Source: an uncultured Gammaproteobacteria bacterium
GTDB taxonomy: Bacteria; Actinomycetota; Acidimicrobiia; Acidimicrobiales; Aldehydirespiratoraceae
Length of the DNA: 64,000 bases
Assembly (NCBI GenBank): GCA_964196195.1
Contig: CAXMSE010000039.1
Coordinates: forward strand, 134,761-198,760
Reading direction: 5' to 3'
Of the stretch, positions 28,376-37,884 are shown piece after piece. The position numbers were made by a program, and so were the translations under genes. The notes under the pieces are model-generated. The model saw nothing but the letters and a program-made list of their open reading frames with translations, was not told where the DNA came from and searched no databases. The first letter of the stretch is position 1. Each line of letters starts with the position of its first letter.

Positions 28376-29320
28376 TTACTGCTGGTCGAGGGAGATCACC
28401 GCGTCGATGATCGACGACACCACGGCTTCGGCCTTCGCCGTGTGCAGGACGTTGGCGTTGTTCTTGGCCCCGGTTCGGCCGTCGATGCCTCCGGGCCGCT
28501 CGTCGACAACGGTCATACCGCGGGTGTGGCGGCCGTTGAGTTCCACCGAAACGGGCCGGTGGCGGCCTTCGAACAGTTCGGGCTCGAGCACCGCCATCAC
28601 CGCCGTGGCGTCGTGGATTGGAGCGCCGCTCCAGCCCCTGATCTCGCGGGCTCGCTCCACCGCGTGGTCGAGCAGGTCGGCGGCGAGCACCGCGCACGGC
28701 GTGGCGGCGGAGCGAAGCCGGTCGCGTTCGGCTGGGCCCATGAGCACCTGATGGGTGAGGTCGAGCCCCACCATGGTGAGCATCCCCATTTCCGAGAACA
28801 CGATGGCCGCGGCTTCGGGATCGGCCCAGATGTTGAATTCGGCGCTTGCGGTGACGTTGCCGCCCCGATGGGCGCCGCCCATGATCGTGAGGCCTCCCAG
28901 ATGGCTCGGGAGGTTTGGATCCTTGCGAAGCGCCAGGGCGATGTTGGTGAGGGGACCGATGGCCACGAGGTGGAGGTGGGCGACGGTGCGTGCGGTGTCG
29001 CAGATGAAGTCGACCGCATCGGCAGATGCCTCGGCTCGGCGTGGCTCGGGGATCTTCGCCGAACCGAGACCGGTGGGGCCATGGACATGGCGGGCATCGA
29101 CGGTGGGAGAGATGAGGGGTCGACCCGCGCCCCGGTGGACAGGCACGTCGAGTCCCGCCACCTCCATCACGGCCAGCGCATTATGGGTGGTGGCATCGAT
29201 GCCCACATTGCCGTTGACGGTGGTGATCCCGACCAGGTCGGCTCCTTGGGCGGCCACCATGAGAGCGATAGCGTCGTCGACTCCGGGGTCGCAGTCGATG
29301 AGCATCGGCACACGTTCCAT
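28376..29320 (-). CDS. inosine-uridine preferring nucleoside hydrolase (IU-NH family)
   Basis: N-terminal LIDCDPGVDDAIAL aspartate cluster motif. Symbol not assigned. Confidence 0.85.
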   Translation of the reverse strand: MERVPMLIDCDPGVDDAIALMVAAQGADLVGITTVNGNVGIDATTHNALAVMEVAGLDVPVHRGAGRPLISPTVDARHVHGPTGLGSAKIPEPRRAEASADAVDFICDTARTVAHLHLVAIGPLTNIALALRKDPNLPSHLGGLTIMGGAHRGGNVTASAEFNIWADPEAAAIVFSEMGMLTMVGLDLTHQVLMGPAERDRLRSAATPCAVLAADLLDHAVERAREIRGWSGAPIHDATAVMAVLEPELFEGRHRPVSVELNGRHTRGMTVVDERPGGIDGRTGAKNNANVLHTAKAEAVVSSIIDAVISLDQQ

Positions 29321-29329
29321 CGTGAGATG

Positions 29330-30244
29330 TTACGACGGGATGAGTCGGTCGACTTCGTCAGCGGTGGGAAGTGAGGGTTGGGCGCCGGGTCTGAGGGTGG
29401 TGACTGCTCCCACCCGTACCGCCCAATGGGCGGCTTCCACTACGGTTGCGCCCCTCACGAGGGCATCGGCGAGGGCACCGCAGAACGAGTCGCCGGCGGC
29501 GGTGGTGTCGACGGGGTCGACTCGAGGAGCGGGGACGTGGGTGGTATCGGTGCCCTCGACGACGAGAGCGCCCTCGGAGCCGAGGGTCACCACCACGGCG
29601 TCGCAGGGGAGCCGGCGGGCCAAGTGGGCTGCCGTTGTGGCGTCGACGGGCCCTTCGTGACCGGTGAGTGCGGCGAGCTCGGTCTGGTTGGGAACCATGA
29701 TGTCGACCGCAGCGATCAGATCGGCGGGGAGAGGCTCGTGGGGTGCGGGTGCGGGGTTGAGGATCACGATGCCGGCCGATGCCACGGCTGCCTCGGTGAC
29801 GGCCTCGACGGGCACCTCGAGCTGGAGGAGGGTGACGGTGGCAGCGGCGAGCAAGGGAGCGGCCTCGACGACATCAGACCCGCTGAGTCGAGCATTGGCA
29901 CCGGGACTCACCACGATCGCATTGTCGCCGTCACGCCCCACCGCGATGAGCGCGACCCCGCTCGGAACACCCTCGACGGTGCGGACCTCACCGATTCCGA
30001 CGCCATCAGCATCGAGGGCAGAGCGGAGGATGGCGCCCCCCTCATCGTCGCCCACCCTGCCGATCAAGGCGACCCTTCGGCCGAGCCGGGCAGCCGCCAC
30101 TGCCTGGTTGGCGCCCTTACCGCCAGGGATACGGCGTAGGTCGCCACCAAGCACCGTCTCGCCGACGAGAGGTATCACGTCGACATCAACCACCAGGTCG
30201 AGATTGGCACTGCCGACGACCACAATTTCGAATGGGCCGTCCAT
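29330..30244 (-). CDS. rbsK: ribokinase (PfkB family)
   Basis: IVVVGSANLDLVV, GGKGANQAVAAARLG and the C-terminal DTTAAGDSFCGAL anion-hole/catalytic motif. Confidence 0.85.
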   Translation of the reverse strand: MDGPFEIVVVGSANLDLVVDVDVIPLVGETVLGGDLRRIPGGKGANQAVAAARLGRRVALIGRVGDDEGGAILRSALDADGVGIGEVRTVEGVPSGVALIAVGRDGDNAIVVSPGANARLSGSDVVEAAPLLAAATVTLLQLEVPVEAVTEAAVASAGIVILNPAPAPHEPLPADLIAAVDIMVPNQTELAALTGHEGPVDATTAAHLARRLPCDAVVVTLGSEGALVVEGTDTTHVPAPRVDPVDTTAAGDSFCGALADALVRGATVVEAAHWAVRVGAVTTLRPGAQPSLPTADEVDRLIPS

Positions 30245-30249
30245 GGGAT

Positions 30250-30663
30250 TCAGCGGATGACGCCTTCTTCGATCTCATGGAGCCGCTTCACCGCTCCCAC
30301 CAGAATCTTCTTCGCGATGCGGGGACTCTCATCGAGCAGGGAGGAGAACTCTCGACGGTTGAGTGCCTCCACCACCATCTCTGTTTCGGCGGTGACGGTG
30401 GCGGTGCGGGGCACGCCGGCGATGACGGCGAGCTCGCCGAAGAAATCACCGGGGCCGAGGGTGGCGATGAGGCGACCGTTGCGTCGGACTGAGGCCTCGC
30501 CCTCGACGATGATCAGGAACTCTCGCCCGGGTGTGCCCTGAACGGTGAGGTCGCGGCCTGGTTTGATCGTGATGGGCGTCATGTACGACGCCACCCTCTT
30601 GAGTTCCTTCGCCGTCAATTCGGAGAAGAGTTCGATGCTGGCCAACTGTTCGGTGAGACTCAT
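30250..30663 (-). CDS. standalone cyclic-nucleotide-binding (CAP effector) domain protein
   Basis: 138 aa. FGELAV and RTATV phosphate-binding-cassette motifs; no HTH domain. It is the first gene of the five-gene minus-strand operon. Confidence 0.75.
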   Translation of the reverse strand: MSLTEQLASIELFSELTAKELKRVASYMTPITIKPGRDLTVQGTPGREFLIIVEGEASVRRNGRLIATLGPGDFFGELAVIAGVPRTATVTAETEMVVEALNRREFSSLLDESPRIAKKILVGAVKRLHEIEEGVIR

Positions 30664-30801
30664 GGGGGAGAGTCTTATCAGAAATCGCCTGTGGGGAAAC
30701 GACCGCGTGCCAGCTCGACGCTCGGCGAGCGACCCGTTCGGCGGGCGGTCGCGACAACGACTCAGAAAATTCCAACTACGGTGGAGCACAGTGATGGGCG
30801 T

Positions 30802-31332
30802 ATGACAGGTCTCTACGTGTTTTTCTTGGCGGTTGGTGGACCCCTGCTGTTGTGGTTTGCCTTCGCAGGGGATGCCGATGCCGAAGGGCTGGGTGGCGAC
30901 GCCGATGCCGATGGCCCCCTTTCGGTCATACCCCTGTCGTCGCTAGCGTTCGTGATGGCCTTCTTCGGTCTCACCGGGCTGCTCTCGGGAGCCACCGGTG
31001 CCAGTGCCGCTTTTGCTCTCGTGCTCGCCATCGTGATCGGCGTGGTTGCGGGCACTCTCAATGGTGTGGCGTTTCGATGGCTACGGAACAACTCCACGTC
31101 CAGCGAGGTGAGGGACCGAGAGCTCGAGGGCCAGACCGCCAAGGTGGCACTGCCGGTGAGCAGTGAGCACCGGGGAAAGATCATCGTCGACATCGCGGGG
31201 GCACGCGAACAAATGACAGCGACACCAGCCGATGGCTCCACCATCGAGCGCGGAGAGCGCGTCGTTATCGTCCGTGTCGAGCGAGGGGTCGCACTCGTCG
31301 CCCCCCTCGGCCCTGATCTCGAGCTCGAATAG
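30802..31332 (+). CDS. NfeD-like (YuaF-type) membrane protein
   Basis: Two N-terminal TM segments and a C-terminal OB-fold-like beta domain (KIIVDIAG...ERVVIVRVERGVALV). It lies immediately upstream of the flotillin gene, the conserved pairing. Confidence 0.7.
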   Translation: MTGLYVFFLAVGGPLLLWFAFAGDADAEGLGGDADADGPLSVIPLSSLAFVMAFFGLTGLLSGATGASAAFALVLAIVIGVVAGTLNGVAFRWLRNNSTSSEVRDRELEGQTAKVALPVSSEHRGKIIVDIAGAREQMTATPADGSTIERGERVVIVRVERGVALVAPLGPDLELE

Positions 31333-31348
31333 GTAGGAGAAACAGACA

Positions 31349-32653
31349 ATGAGTACCGCACTCGTACTGGGCCTGGTTGTGGCGTTCGCGCTCATCTTCA
31401 TCACGATGATCGTGAATTCCCTGATCATCATCTGCCCGCCCAACCGCGTCGCCGTGATCTCAGGACGGAGCCGCGTACTCTCCGACGGCCGAGCCGTCGG
31501 TTACCGGATCCTCAAGGGCGGCCGAACCTTGCGGATTCCGATCATCGAGAAGGTGGCTTGGATGGATCTCAACACCATCCCGCTGGAGGTATCGGTCACC
31601 AACGCCTATTCGGCGGGCGCGATCCCGCTCAACGTGCAGGGCATCGCGAACGTCAAGGTCTCCAGCAACGAAGCTCTAATCGAAAACGCGGCAGAACGAT
31701 TCCTGGGTGTTCCCAACGACACGATCGGCCAGATCGCGAAAGAGACCCTCGAGGCCAACCTCCGCGGCGTGTTGGCCACGATGTCGCCCGAGGAGGTCAA
31801 CGAGGATCGCCTGAAGTTCTCCCAGCAGCTCATCGACGAGGCCGACGACGACATCAAGACCCTCGGTCTGGAGCTCGACGTGATGAAGATCCAGAACGTC
31901 ACCGACGACAATCTCTATCTGGAGTCGGTCGGCCGGCGCCTCACAGCCGAGGTGGTGAAGCAGGCTCGCGTAGCCGAGGCCGAACGTATGGCCGAATCCG
32001 AACAGGCCGAGGCCCGGTCGCGGGAGAAGGCCCAGATCGCCCAGGTGCTGGCCGACAAGGCCATTGTCGAAGAACGGAACCAGCTCCGGGTGCGCACCGC
32101 CGAGCTCGATGCCATCGCCCGAGCCAAAGAGGAGCAGGCCTCGGTCGCCGGCGACATCGCCCGCGCCACGGCCGAACAAGACCTCGAACAACAGAGGATC
32201 GAACTCGAACGCCGTCGCCTCGAAGCCGATGTGGTCATCCCGGCCAAGGCCAACCTCGAAGCCAAGCAGCTCCAAGCTCAGGCCGACGCAGCAAAGATCA
32301 TCGAGGACGGCAAGGCCCAGGTGGATGTGTTCCGTCGTCTCACCGAGCAGTACCAGCTAGCCGGCGACGACGGTCAGCGGATCTTCGTGCTCAACATGTT
32401 GCCCGAGCTGGTGGACAAGATCGTCTCAACCATCAACGGCGTGTCGATCGACCGTGTGGCGGTGATCGACAGCGGCAACGGAGGCAACGGCAGTGGCGGC
32501 ATTCCGGCCCTGATGAGTCAGTTGCCCGGCGCGGTGGTGAGCCTCTCCGAACAGATCGAAGCCGCCACGGGGGTCGATATCCTCAAGAGCATGCGCGACG
32601 ACAGCGATGTTTCGCCGCTCGTGCCTCCTCCGCCGCCACCACTCGGCGATTGA
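31349..32653 (+). CDS. flotillin-like SPFH/band-7 protein (FloT/YuaG-like)
   Basis: N-terminal membrane hairpin, an SPFH domain, a long EA-rich coiled-coil and a C-terminal Gly/Pro-rich tail. Confidence 0.85.
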   Translation: MSTALVLGLVVAFALIFITMIVNSLIIICPPNRVAVISGRSRVLSDGRAVGYRILKGGRTLRIPIIEKVAWMDLNTIPLEVSVTNAYSAGAIPLNVQGIANVKVSSNEALIENAAERFLGVPNDTIGQIAKETLEANLRGVLATMSPEEVNEDRLKFSQQLIDEADDDIKTLGLELDVMKIQNVTDDNLYLESVGRRLTAEVVKQARVAEAERMAESEQAEARSREKAQIAQVLADKAIVEERNQLRVRTAELDAIARAKEEQASVAGDIARATAEQDLEQQRIELERRRLEADVVIPAKANLEAKQLQAQADAAKIIEDGKAQVDVFRRLTEQYQLAGDDGQRIFVLNMLPELVDKIVSTINGVSIDRVAVIDSGNGGNGSGGIPALMSQLPGAVVSLSEQIEAATGVDILKSMRDDSDVSPLVPPPPPPLGD

Positions 32654-32953
32654 GAGTTCAGCGGGCAAGGGCGTTCAGGGCCGACGGGTCGAGCACTTCG
32701 ATTGCCCCCTACCGATACGCAGGGCACCGTCGGCTTCGGCGGCATTGAGAGGCCGGTTGGCGGTCTGGCGACGAGTGCCGGCCATGGCCGCAATGTCTCG
32801 CCGATCACGTCGTCGCGCGCGAATCGACGCCGTCACATCTTCTGTCGCCAGCGGGGCGCCTCGGATCCCAGGATGTCGAGAAATCCGCCACTCAAGGACC
32901 CTGAGGCTTCTGTCGATTCGCCTCCGGCGCCGTCATCCGCGACACTCCCGACC

Positions 32954-33547
32954 ATGTCGATGGAGTCCTCCCGACGGAGCAAGGGGCAAGAAGAGCGCCG
33001 TAGCCGCGTGATCGAGGCCGCCATGCAACTCGCTCACGAAGGGGGCTACGAGGCGGTGCAGATGCGGGCGGTGGCCGAGCGGTCCGACGTCGCGCTGGGC
33101 ACCATATATCGATATTTTTCGGGCAAGGACGAGCTCCTCATCGCTGGCCTGGTCGGCTGGTTGGCCCAGGCCCGAAACCGGATCGAGGCCGGCGGCGTGA
33201 AGGGCGCAACCAACGAAGAGCGTCTCTCCCGCCTGCTCGAACGGTCGGCCCGATCCACCGACAGCTATCCGGTTCTGATGGGGGCCCTGGTCACTGCATT
33301 CGGAACCACCGCCCCATCGGCGTCGCCCCACAAGCTCGAGGTGGAGCGAGAGATACATGCCCTCGTGGTCACCGCCCTCGACCCTGGCGTCGACATCGAC
33401 ACCGCCGGCGTGGCTCGGGTGATCGGCCACGTGTGGTCGTCGGCACTCACGCGGTGGGTGAGCGGGATCGCTCCCGATGGCAGCGTGGCCGAGGAACTGC
33501 GCCACGCCGCGAAGATGCTCGTTGGAGAGCCAATCAGAGCTGGTTGA
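32954..33547 (+). CDS. TetR/AcrR family transcriptional regulator
   Basis: HTH RVIEAAMQLAHEGGYEAVQMRAVAERSDVALGTIYRYFSGKDELL. Confidence 0.75.
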   Translation: MSMESSRRSKGQEERRSRVIEAAMQLAHEGGYEAVQMRAVAERSDVALGTIYRYFSGKDELLIAGLVGWLAQARNRIEAGGVKGATNEERLSRLLERSARSTDSYPVLMGALVTAFGTTAPSASPHKLEVEREIHALVVTALDPGVDIDTAGVARVIGHVWSSALTRWVSGIAPDGSVAEELRHAAKMLVGEPIRAG

Positions 33548-35705
33548 GGGCCTGATCGAACGCGGCGGGTTCGCGGGGCTCTGAGAAGTAGAAGCCGAGG
33601 GCCTGATCGCAGTCGAGCTCTTCGAGAACCTGCAGCTGCTCTCGGGTTTCCACCCCTTCGGCGATGACGATCAGGCCCAACGCGTGGGCGAGATCGATGA
33701 TGGCCGCGACGATCGTGGCCGCGTTGGCATCGGTGCCGAGCCCGGAAACGAAGGAGCGGTCGATCTTCAAGACATCGAGCGGAAGTCGCTGGAGGTAGGC
33801 GAACTGGCTCCAGCCAGTGCCGAAGTCGTCGATCCCGAGACTGATCCCGAGACGCCGGAGCTCGTCGAGCTGTGCGGTGGCCGACTCGGCATCTCCCATC
33901 AGAGCCGATTCGGTGATCTCGAGACAGATCTCGTCGGTGGTGATGCCCGCGTCGGCCACCGAGCTCTGCACGAAGCCGATGAGGTCGGGGTCGCCGAGCT
34001 GGCGAGCCGAGAGATTCACCCAGATGCGCACCGGTTCCTGGTCGGGGGTGCGATATATCCGCCAGCGGGCCGCCTGTTGACACGCCTCGGCGATCACCCA
34101 GCGGCCGATCTCGACGATCAGGCCCGACTCCTCGGCGAGGGGTATGAACTCACCCGGTGGTATCAGGCGGCCGTCGGGCCGCTGCCAGCGCACTAGCGCC
34201 TCGAAACCGACGATGGTCCCGGAGTCGAGATCGAGCTCGGGCTGGTAGTGGAGGCGCAGCTCGTTGTTCTCGACCGCCCTCCGCAAGGCTTCCTCGGTGT
34301 CGAGCCGCTCGAGCGCGAGGCTCTGGTCGACTTCATCGTGGATGGCGAAACGGCCGCGGCCCTCGTGTTTGGCTTCGTACATGGCCGTATCGGCATGATC
34401 GAGCACCTGGTGGGGATTGTCGTGGCCGAGTGAGGTGGCGATGCCGATCGAGGCGCCGAGCGGTACTTCGCGTCCGTCGAGGGCAAATGGCCGCTCGAAG
34501 GCGCCGAGGATCCGGCGAGCGACCGCAGTGGCACCGCGGGCACCGTCGGTGCCGGCACAGAGCATCACGAATTCGTCGCCACCGATTCGAGCGAGGGTGT
34601 CGCCGGGGCGCACGATGGCGATCAGTCGTTCGGCCACCTTGGTGAGGGCGGTGTCGCCGGCCTGATGGCCGAGGGTGTCGTTGATTATTTTGAACCCGTC
34701 GAGGTCGATGAACAGCACACCGATGGGTTGGAGGGTGCGGCGGGAGATCGCGAACGCCTGGTCCATCCGGTCGAGTAGTAGGGCCTTGTTGGGAAGGGAT
34801 GTGAGTTCGTCGTGGAATGCCTGCTTGATGAGGCTCTGCTCGGTTTCTCGTTGGGCGGTGATGTCGCGACTCGACGATTGGAGTTGGCCGACCTCGCCAT
34901 CGGGATCACGAATGGGCGTGATCGCGGTTTCGAACCATCGGTAGCTGCCATTGCGGTGGCGAAGGCGGTGGCGGAAGCGGGTGGGTTCGGTGCCTCGCCG
35001 CACCGAGTCCTGCAGAGCCTGAACGAGCGCGTCGCGAGTGTTGGCGTGGGCGAGATCGACAGGATGGATTCCCGTGAGTGAGACCGGGTCGATGTCGAGC
35101 AGGCGGCGAGCAGAGGGCGACACATAGGTGAACGTGCCGTCGGGCTCGTGCAGGCAGACGAGGTCGGAGGTGTATTCGGCCACTGCCTGGAAGATGTCTT
35201 CGGCTTCGGCGAGTTTCTGGGCCGTGGCGGCGATGATCGCCTCGGTTTCCCGGCGATCGGTGAGAATGTGGAGTTCGGCCAGCAGCACCACGGTGGTGGA
35301 AGTGTCGTCGTTGACCGGGGTGACGCCGACTCGAAGCGGACGGGCGACCGTCTTGCCTATGTCGATGGTGCGAGACCCGGCCCGCCCGGCGGCGCACGAC
35401 TCGATGAGAGGAGCGAGAACGGTGTCGGCATCGGGGATGTGCCAGAGAGCCGCGTTCCAGAGGGGGCGGCCTCGCATGGAGTCGCGGTCGATGTCGAGTG
35501 CGGCCAAGGCGTCGTTGCCGTCGAGCACCGTGCCGTCGAGATCGACGAGCAGGGCCGGTCCCGACAGCAGGCTCAACGCCACCCTCATCTGGAGGCTCCG
35601 CGTGAGGTCGTCGAGGTCGGGATCGGTGAGGTGGGCGAGGCGCGTCAAGACATCGGTTCGGGCTCGGTCGCCCGCCGCGTCGACGGTGTGGCGCGTCTCG
35701 ATCAA
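33534..35705 (-). CDS. PAS - GGDEF - EAL signalling protein
   Basis: PAS domains; RIGGDEF; EALVRWQRPDG; DDFGTGWSQFAYL. Confidence 0.9.
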   Translation of the reverse strand: MIETRHTVDAAGDRARTDVLTRLAHLTDPDLDDLTRSLQMRVALSLLSGPALLVDLDGTVLDGNDALAALDIDRDSMRGRPLWNAALWHIPDADTVLAPLIESCAAGRAGSRTIDIGKTVARPLRVGVTPVNDDTSTTVVLLAELHILTDRRETEAIIAATAQKLAEAEDIFQAVAEYTSDLVCLHEPDGTFTYVSPSARRLLDIDPVSLTGIHPVDLAHANTRDALVQALQDSVRRGTEPTRFRHRLRHRNGSYRWFETAITPIRDPDGEVGQLQSSSRDITAQRETEQSLIKQAFHDELTSLPNKALLLDRMDQAFAISRRTLQPIGVLFIDLDGFKIINDTLGHQAGDTALTKVAERLIAIVRPGDTLARIGGDEFVMLCAGTDGARGATAVARRILGAFERPFALDGREVPLGASIGIATSLGHDNPHQVLDHADTAMYEAKHEGRGRFAIHDEVDQSLALERLDTEEALRRAVENNELRLHYQPELDLDSGTIVGFEALVRWQRPDGRLIPPGEFIPLAEESGLIVEIGRWVIAEACQQAARWRIYRTPDQEPVRIWVNLSARQLGDPDLIGFVQSSVADAGITTDEICLEITESALMGDAESATAQLDELRRLGISLGIDDFGTGWSQFAYLQRLPLDVLKIDRSFVSGLGTDANAATIVAAIIDLAHALGLIVIAEGVETREQLQVLEELDCDQALGFYFSEPREPAAFDQALNQL

Positions 35706-36045
35706 GAGTGCTCCTGTAGGCGTGAGGGCGATGGAGAATGAGCGGGTCTCACCTCACGCGAAAAGTACTCACAGGAATCGCGCGGGCGGTGGATGCTTAC
35801 GCGCGGTGAGCGATTCGCACACTCAGAGTGGTTGAGACGGGACTCTTACAAGCGTCCCAGCGCAGCCTGCGCGCGTCGGACCAACCGCCGACAGGCACTG
35901 CCATCGGATCGACCTTTGCCGAGCCGTGTCTCTCGCTACTCCTGATCTCCACCAGTTCGGGATTCTATGTTTGCCTGGGCCATCTGCTAGACCATTTTGC
36001 CGCGCGTCGCACGCGTGTGATCGCTGAAGTCACTGGAGGAACGCC

Positions 36046-37842
36046 ATGAAATCCACGACCCAGCGGAGGCTGATCGCGAAACTGCTCGCGATCTTGTTGG
36101 CCTTCACCCTTATCGCCTCGGCATGCGGCGGCGACGATGGCGACGATGGCGATGCCGGAGGTGATGATGTCGGCGATGTCGGCGATGGCGACGATGGCGA
36201 TGATGGCGACGATGGCGATGATGGCGACGACGGCGACGATGGTGATGATGGTGGCGATGGTGGCGATGGTGGCGATGGTGATGATGGTGGCGACGACGGT
36301 GATGATGGTGGCGACGACGCTCCCGCCATGACGCCTCAGCGGGGCGGCAACCTCAGCTACCTGCTCGAAGCCGAGAGCGACACCTGGGACATCCCGAGCG
36401 CCAACTGCGCTGTTTCGTGCATCACGGTGATGCGTGCTGTCGCCGACCCATTGACCGTCGTGAATTCCGATGGCGTGGTCGAGCCCTACCTCCTCGAGTC
36501 GATCGAGGCCAACGACAACTTCACCATGTACACCCTCGTGATGCGCGAGGGAGTCACCTTCCACGATGGCACCCCGGCCGACGGTGCGGCGGTGCAACGC
36601 AACCTCCAGGAAATGGCTGCAGGCCTGCTTCAGGGTCAGGTTCTCACCGATCTCGTCGCTGGAGCCGACAGCGTCGTTCTGGTCGACCCCATGACTGTCA
36701 CCGTCGAGTTCGCTCGACCTTTCGCAACCTTCCCGGCCAACATCGCCGAGCGCACCGGTTGGCTCATCGCCCCCAGCTACTGGGACAACCCCGAGCGGGC
36801 CGGTGCCCAGATGATCGCCACCGGTCCGTTCAAGATGGTCGAGTGGACCCGCGGCGAGCAGACTGTGCTGGAGGCCAACCCCGATTATTGGCGCAGCGAT
36901 TTCGCCGGTGAGCAACTGCCCTACCTCGACTCCATAACCTTCCGCCCCAACCCTGATGTGTCGGCTCGAAGGGCCACGATGGAGGCTGGCGATGCCCACG
37001 GCAACATGGACGACTTCGGCGAGAACCAAGCCTTCTGGGAGGGAGAATGGATCGATGATGGAGGCCAGATCCTCGTGCCGTCCCCAGAGCGTGAGACCAC
37101 CTACCTCCTGATCAACAATGCCAACGAGAACATGTCCGACCCCGATCTCCGCCGGGCTCTCGCCCTCTGCACCGACCGCGAGGAATACATCGCCTTCCGT
37201 GCGCCGGGCAACGTCATCGCCGATGGCCCCTTCGCCGAAGGTTCCCTCGGCTACCTCGAGGATCCCGGCTTCCCCCAATTCGATCCGGATGCCGGCAATG
37301 CCCTCCTCGACGAAATCGGGCGGCCCGACACGATCGTCTATGGGACCACCAACGTGCCGTCCAACCTGCTCACGGCCGAGCTCTTCGCCGACATGTGGTC
37401 CACCAATTGTGGGCTCAACGTCGACATCGACCAATTCGATCAAGCCGAGCTGATCACCAAGGCCATCACGGGAGATTTCGAGCTGTTCCTCTGGCGCAAC
37501 CACGGCCAGGGCAACCCCGGGCTCGAGTTGGTCTGGTGGCACAGCCGCCACGCCGCGGGCATTGCGCTCAACTTCGGTCGGATCGTCGATTCCGAAATGG
37601 ACGCCCTGCTCGAGGAGAGCTGGACCACCACCGATCCGGCCGAGCTCGATCGCATCGGCCAAGAAATCAACCGCGTGTTCGCGGCGAATGTCTACAACCT
37701 CTGGCTCAGAACCACAGTGTGGATCAATCCGTTCCAGCCAGATGTTCACGGCTTCGGCGTGCTGTCTTTGCCCAGCGGCAATGTTGGCCTAACCGGTGTC
37801 GCTGGTCGGACCTGGCTGGCGGAGGCCTGGCTGGAGGGCTGA
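36046..37842 (+). CDS. ABC transporter substrate-binding lipoprotein, family 5 (peptide/nickel, DppA/OppA-like)
   Basis: Lipobox LIASAC, an about 80-aa Gly/Asp linker, then a family-5 substrate-binding fold. It heads the Dpp-like operon. Confidence 0.85.
   Translation: MKSTTQRRLIAKLLAILLAFTLIASACGGDDGDDGDAGGDDVGDVGDGDDGDDGDDGDDGDDGDDGDDGGDGGDGGDGDDGGDDGDDGGDDAPAMTPQRGGNLSYLLEAESDTWDIPSANCAVSCITVMRAVADPLTVVNSDGVVEPYLLESIEANDNFTMYTLVMREGVTFHDGTPADGAAVQRNLQEMAAGLLQGQVLTDLVAGADSVVLVDPMTVTVEFARPFATFPANIAERTGWLIAPSYWDNPERAGAQMIATGPFKMVEWTRGEQTVLEANPDYWRSDFAGEQLPYLDSITFRPNPDVSARRATMEAGDAHGNMDDFGENQAFWEGEWIDDGGQILVPSPERETTYLLINNANENMSDPDLRRALALCTDREEYIAFRAPGNVIADGPFAEGSLGYLEDPGFPQFDPDAGNALLDEIGRPDTIVYGTTNVPSNLLTAELFADMWSTNCGLNVDIDQFDQAELITKAITGDFELFLWRNHGQGNPGLELVWWHSRHAAGIALNFGRIVDSEMDALLEESWTTTDPAELDRIGQEINRVFAANVYNLWLRTTVWINPFQPDVHGFGVLSLPSGNVGLTGVAGRTWLAEAWLEG
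36127..36319 (+). repeat. imperfect GGCGAT/GAT microsatellite encoding a Gly/Asp low-complexity linker
   Basis: The nucleotide run ggcgacgatggcgatgatggtggcgat... translates to CGGDDGDDGDAGGDDVGDVGDGDDGDDGDDGDDGDDGDDGDDGGDGGDGGDGDDGGDDGDDGGDD. Confidence 0.85.
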
Positions 37843-37884
37843 GTTGAGGCTGCGAATCGCAGGCGAATCGCCGGCTGAGCCGCG

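Noticed and set aside
27795-28697. 300-aa minus ORF (Arg-rich) spanning the hypothetical membrane protein and nucleoside hydrolase genes
   Set aside because: Extreme Arg/Pro content. It overlaps the nucleoside hydrolase frame that bears the DCDPGVDDAIAL motif.
36127-36319. Considered whether the short periodic repeats could be a CRISPR array
   Set aside because: The period is 3-9 nt, not 28-37 nt repeats with unique spacers. It is in frame inside a lipoprotein gene and there are no cas genes in the window.
35965-37749. 594-aa minus-strand ORF antisense to the substrate-binding protein gene (includes a poly-IA/IV low-complexity translation)
   Set aside because: It is antisense to a convincing family-5 SBP. 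Its repetitive translation simply mirrors the GD microsatellite.
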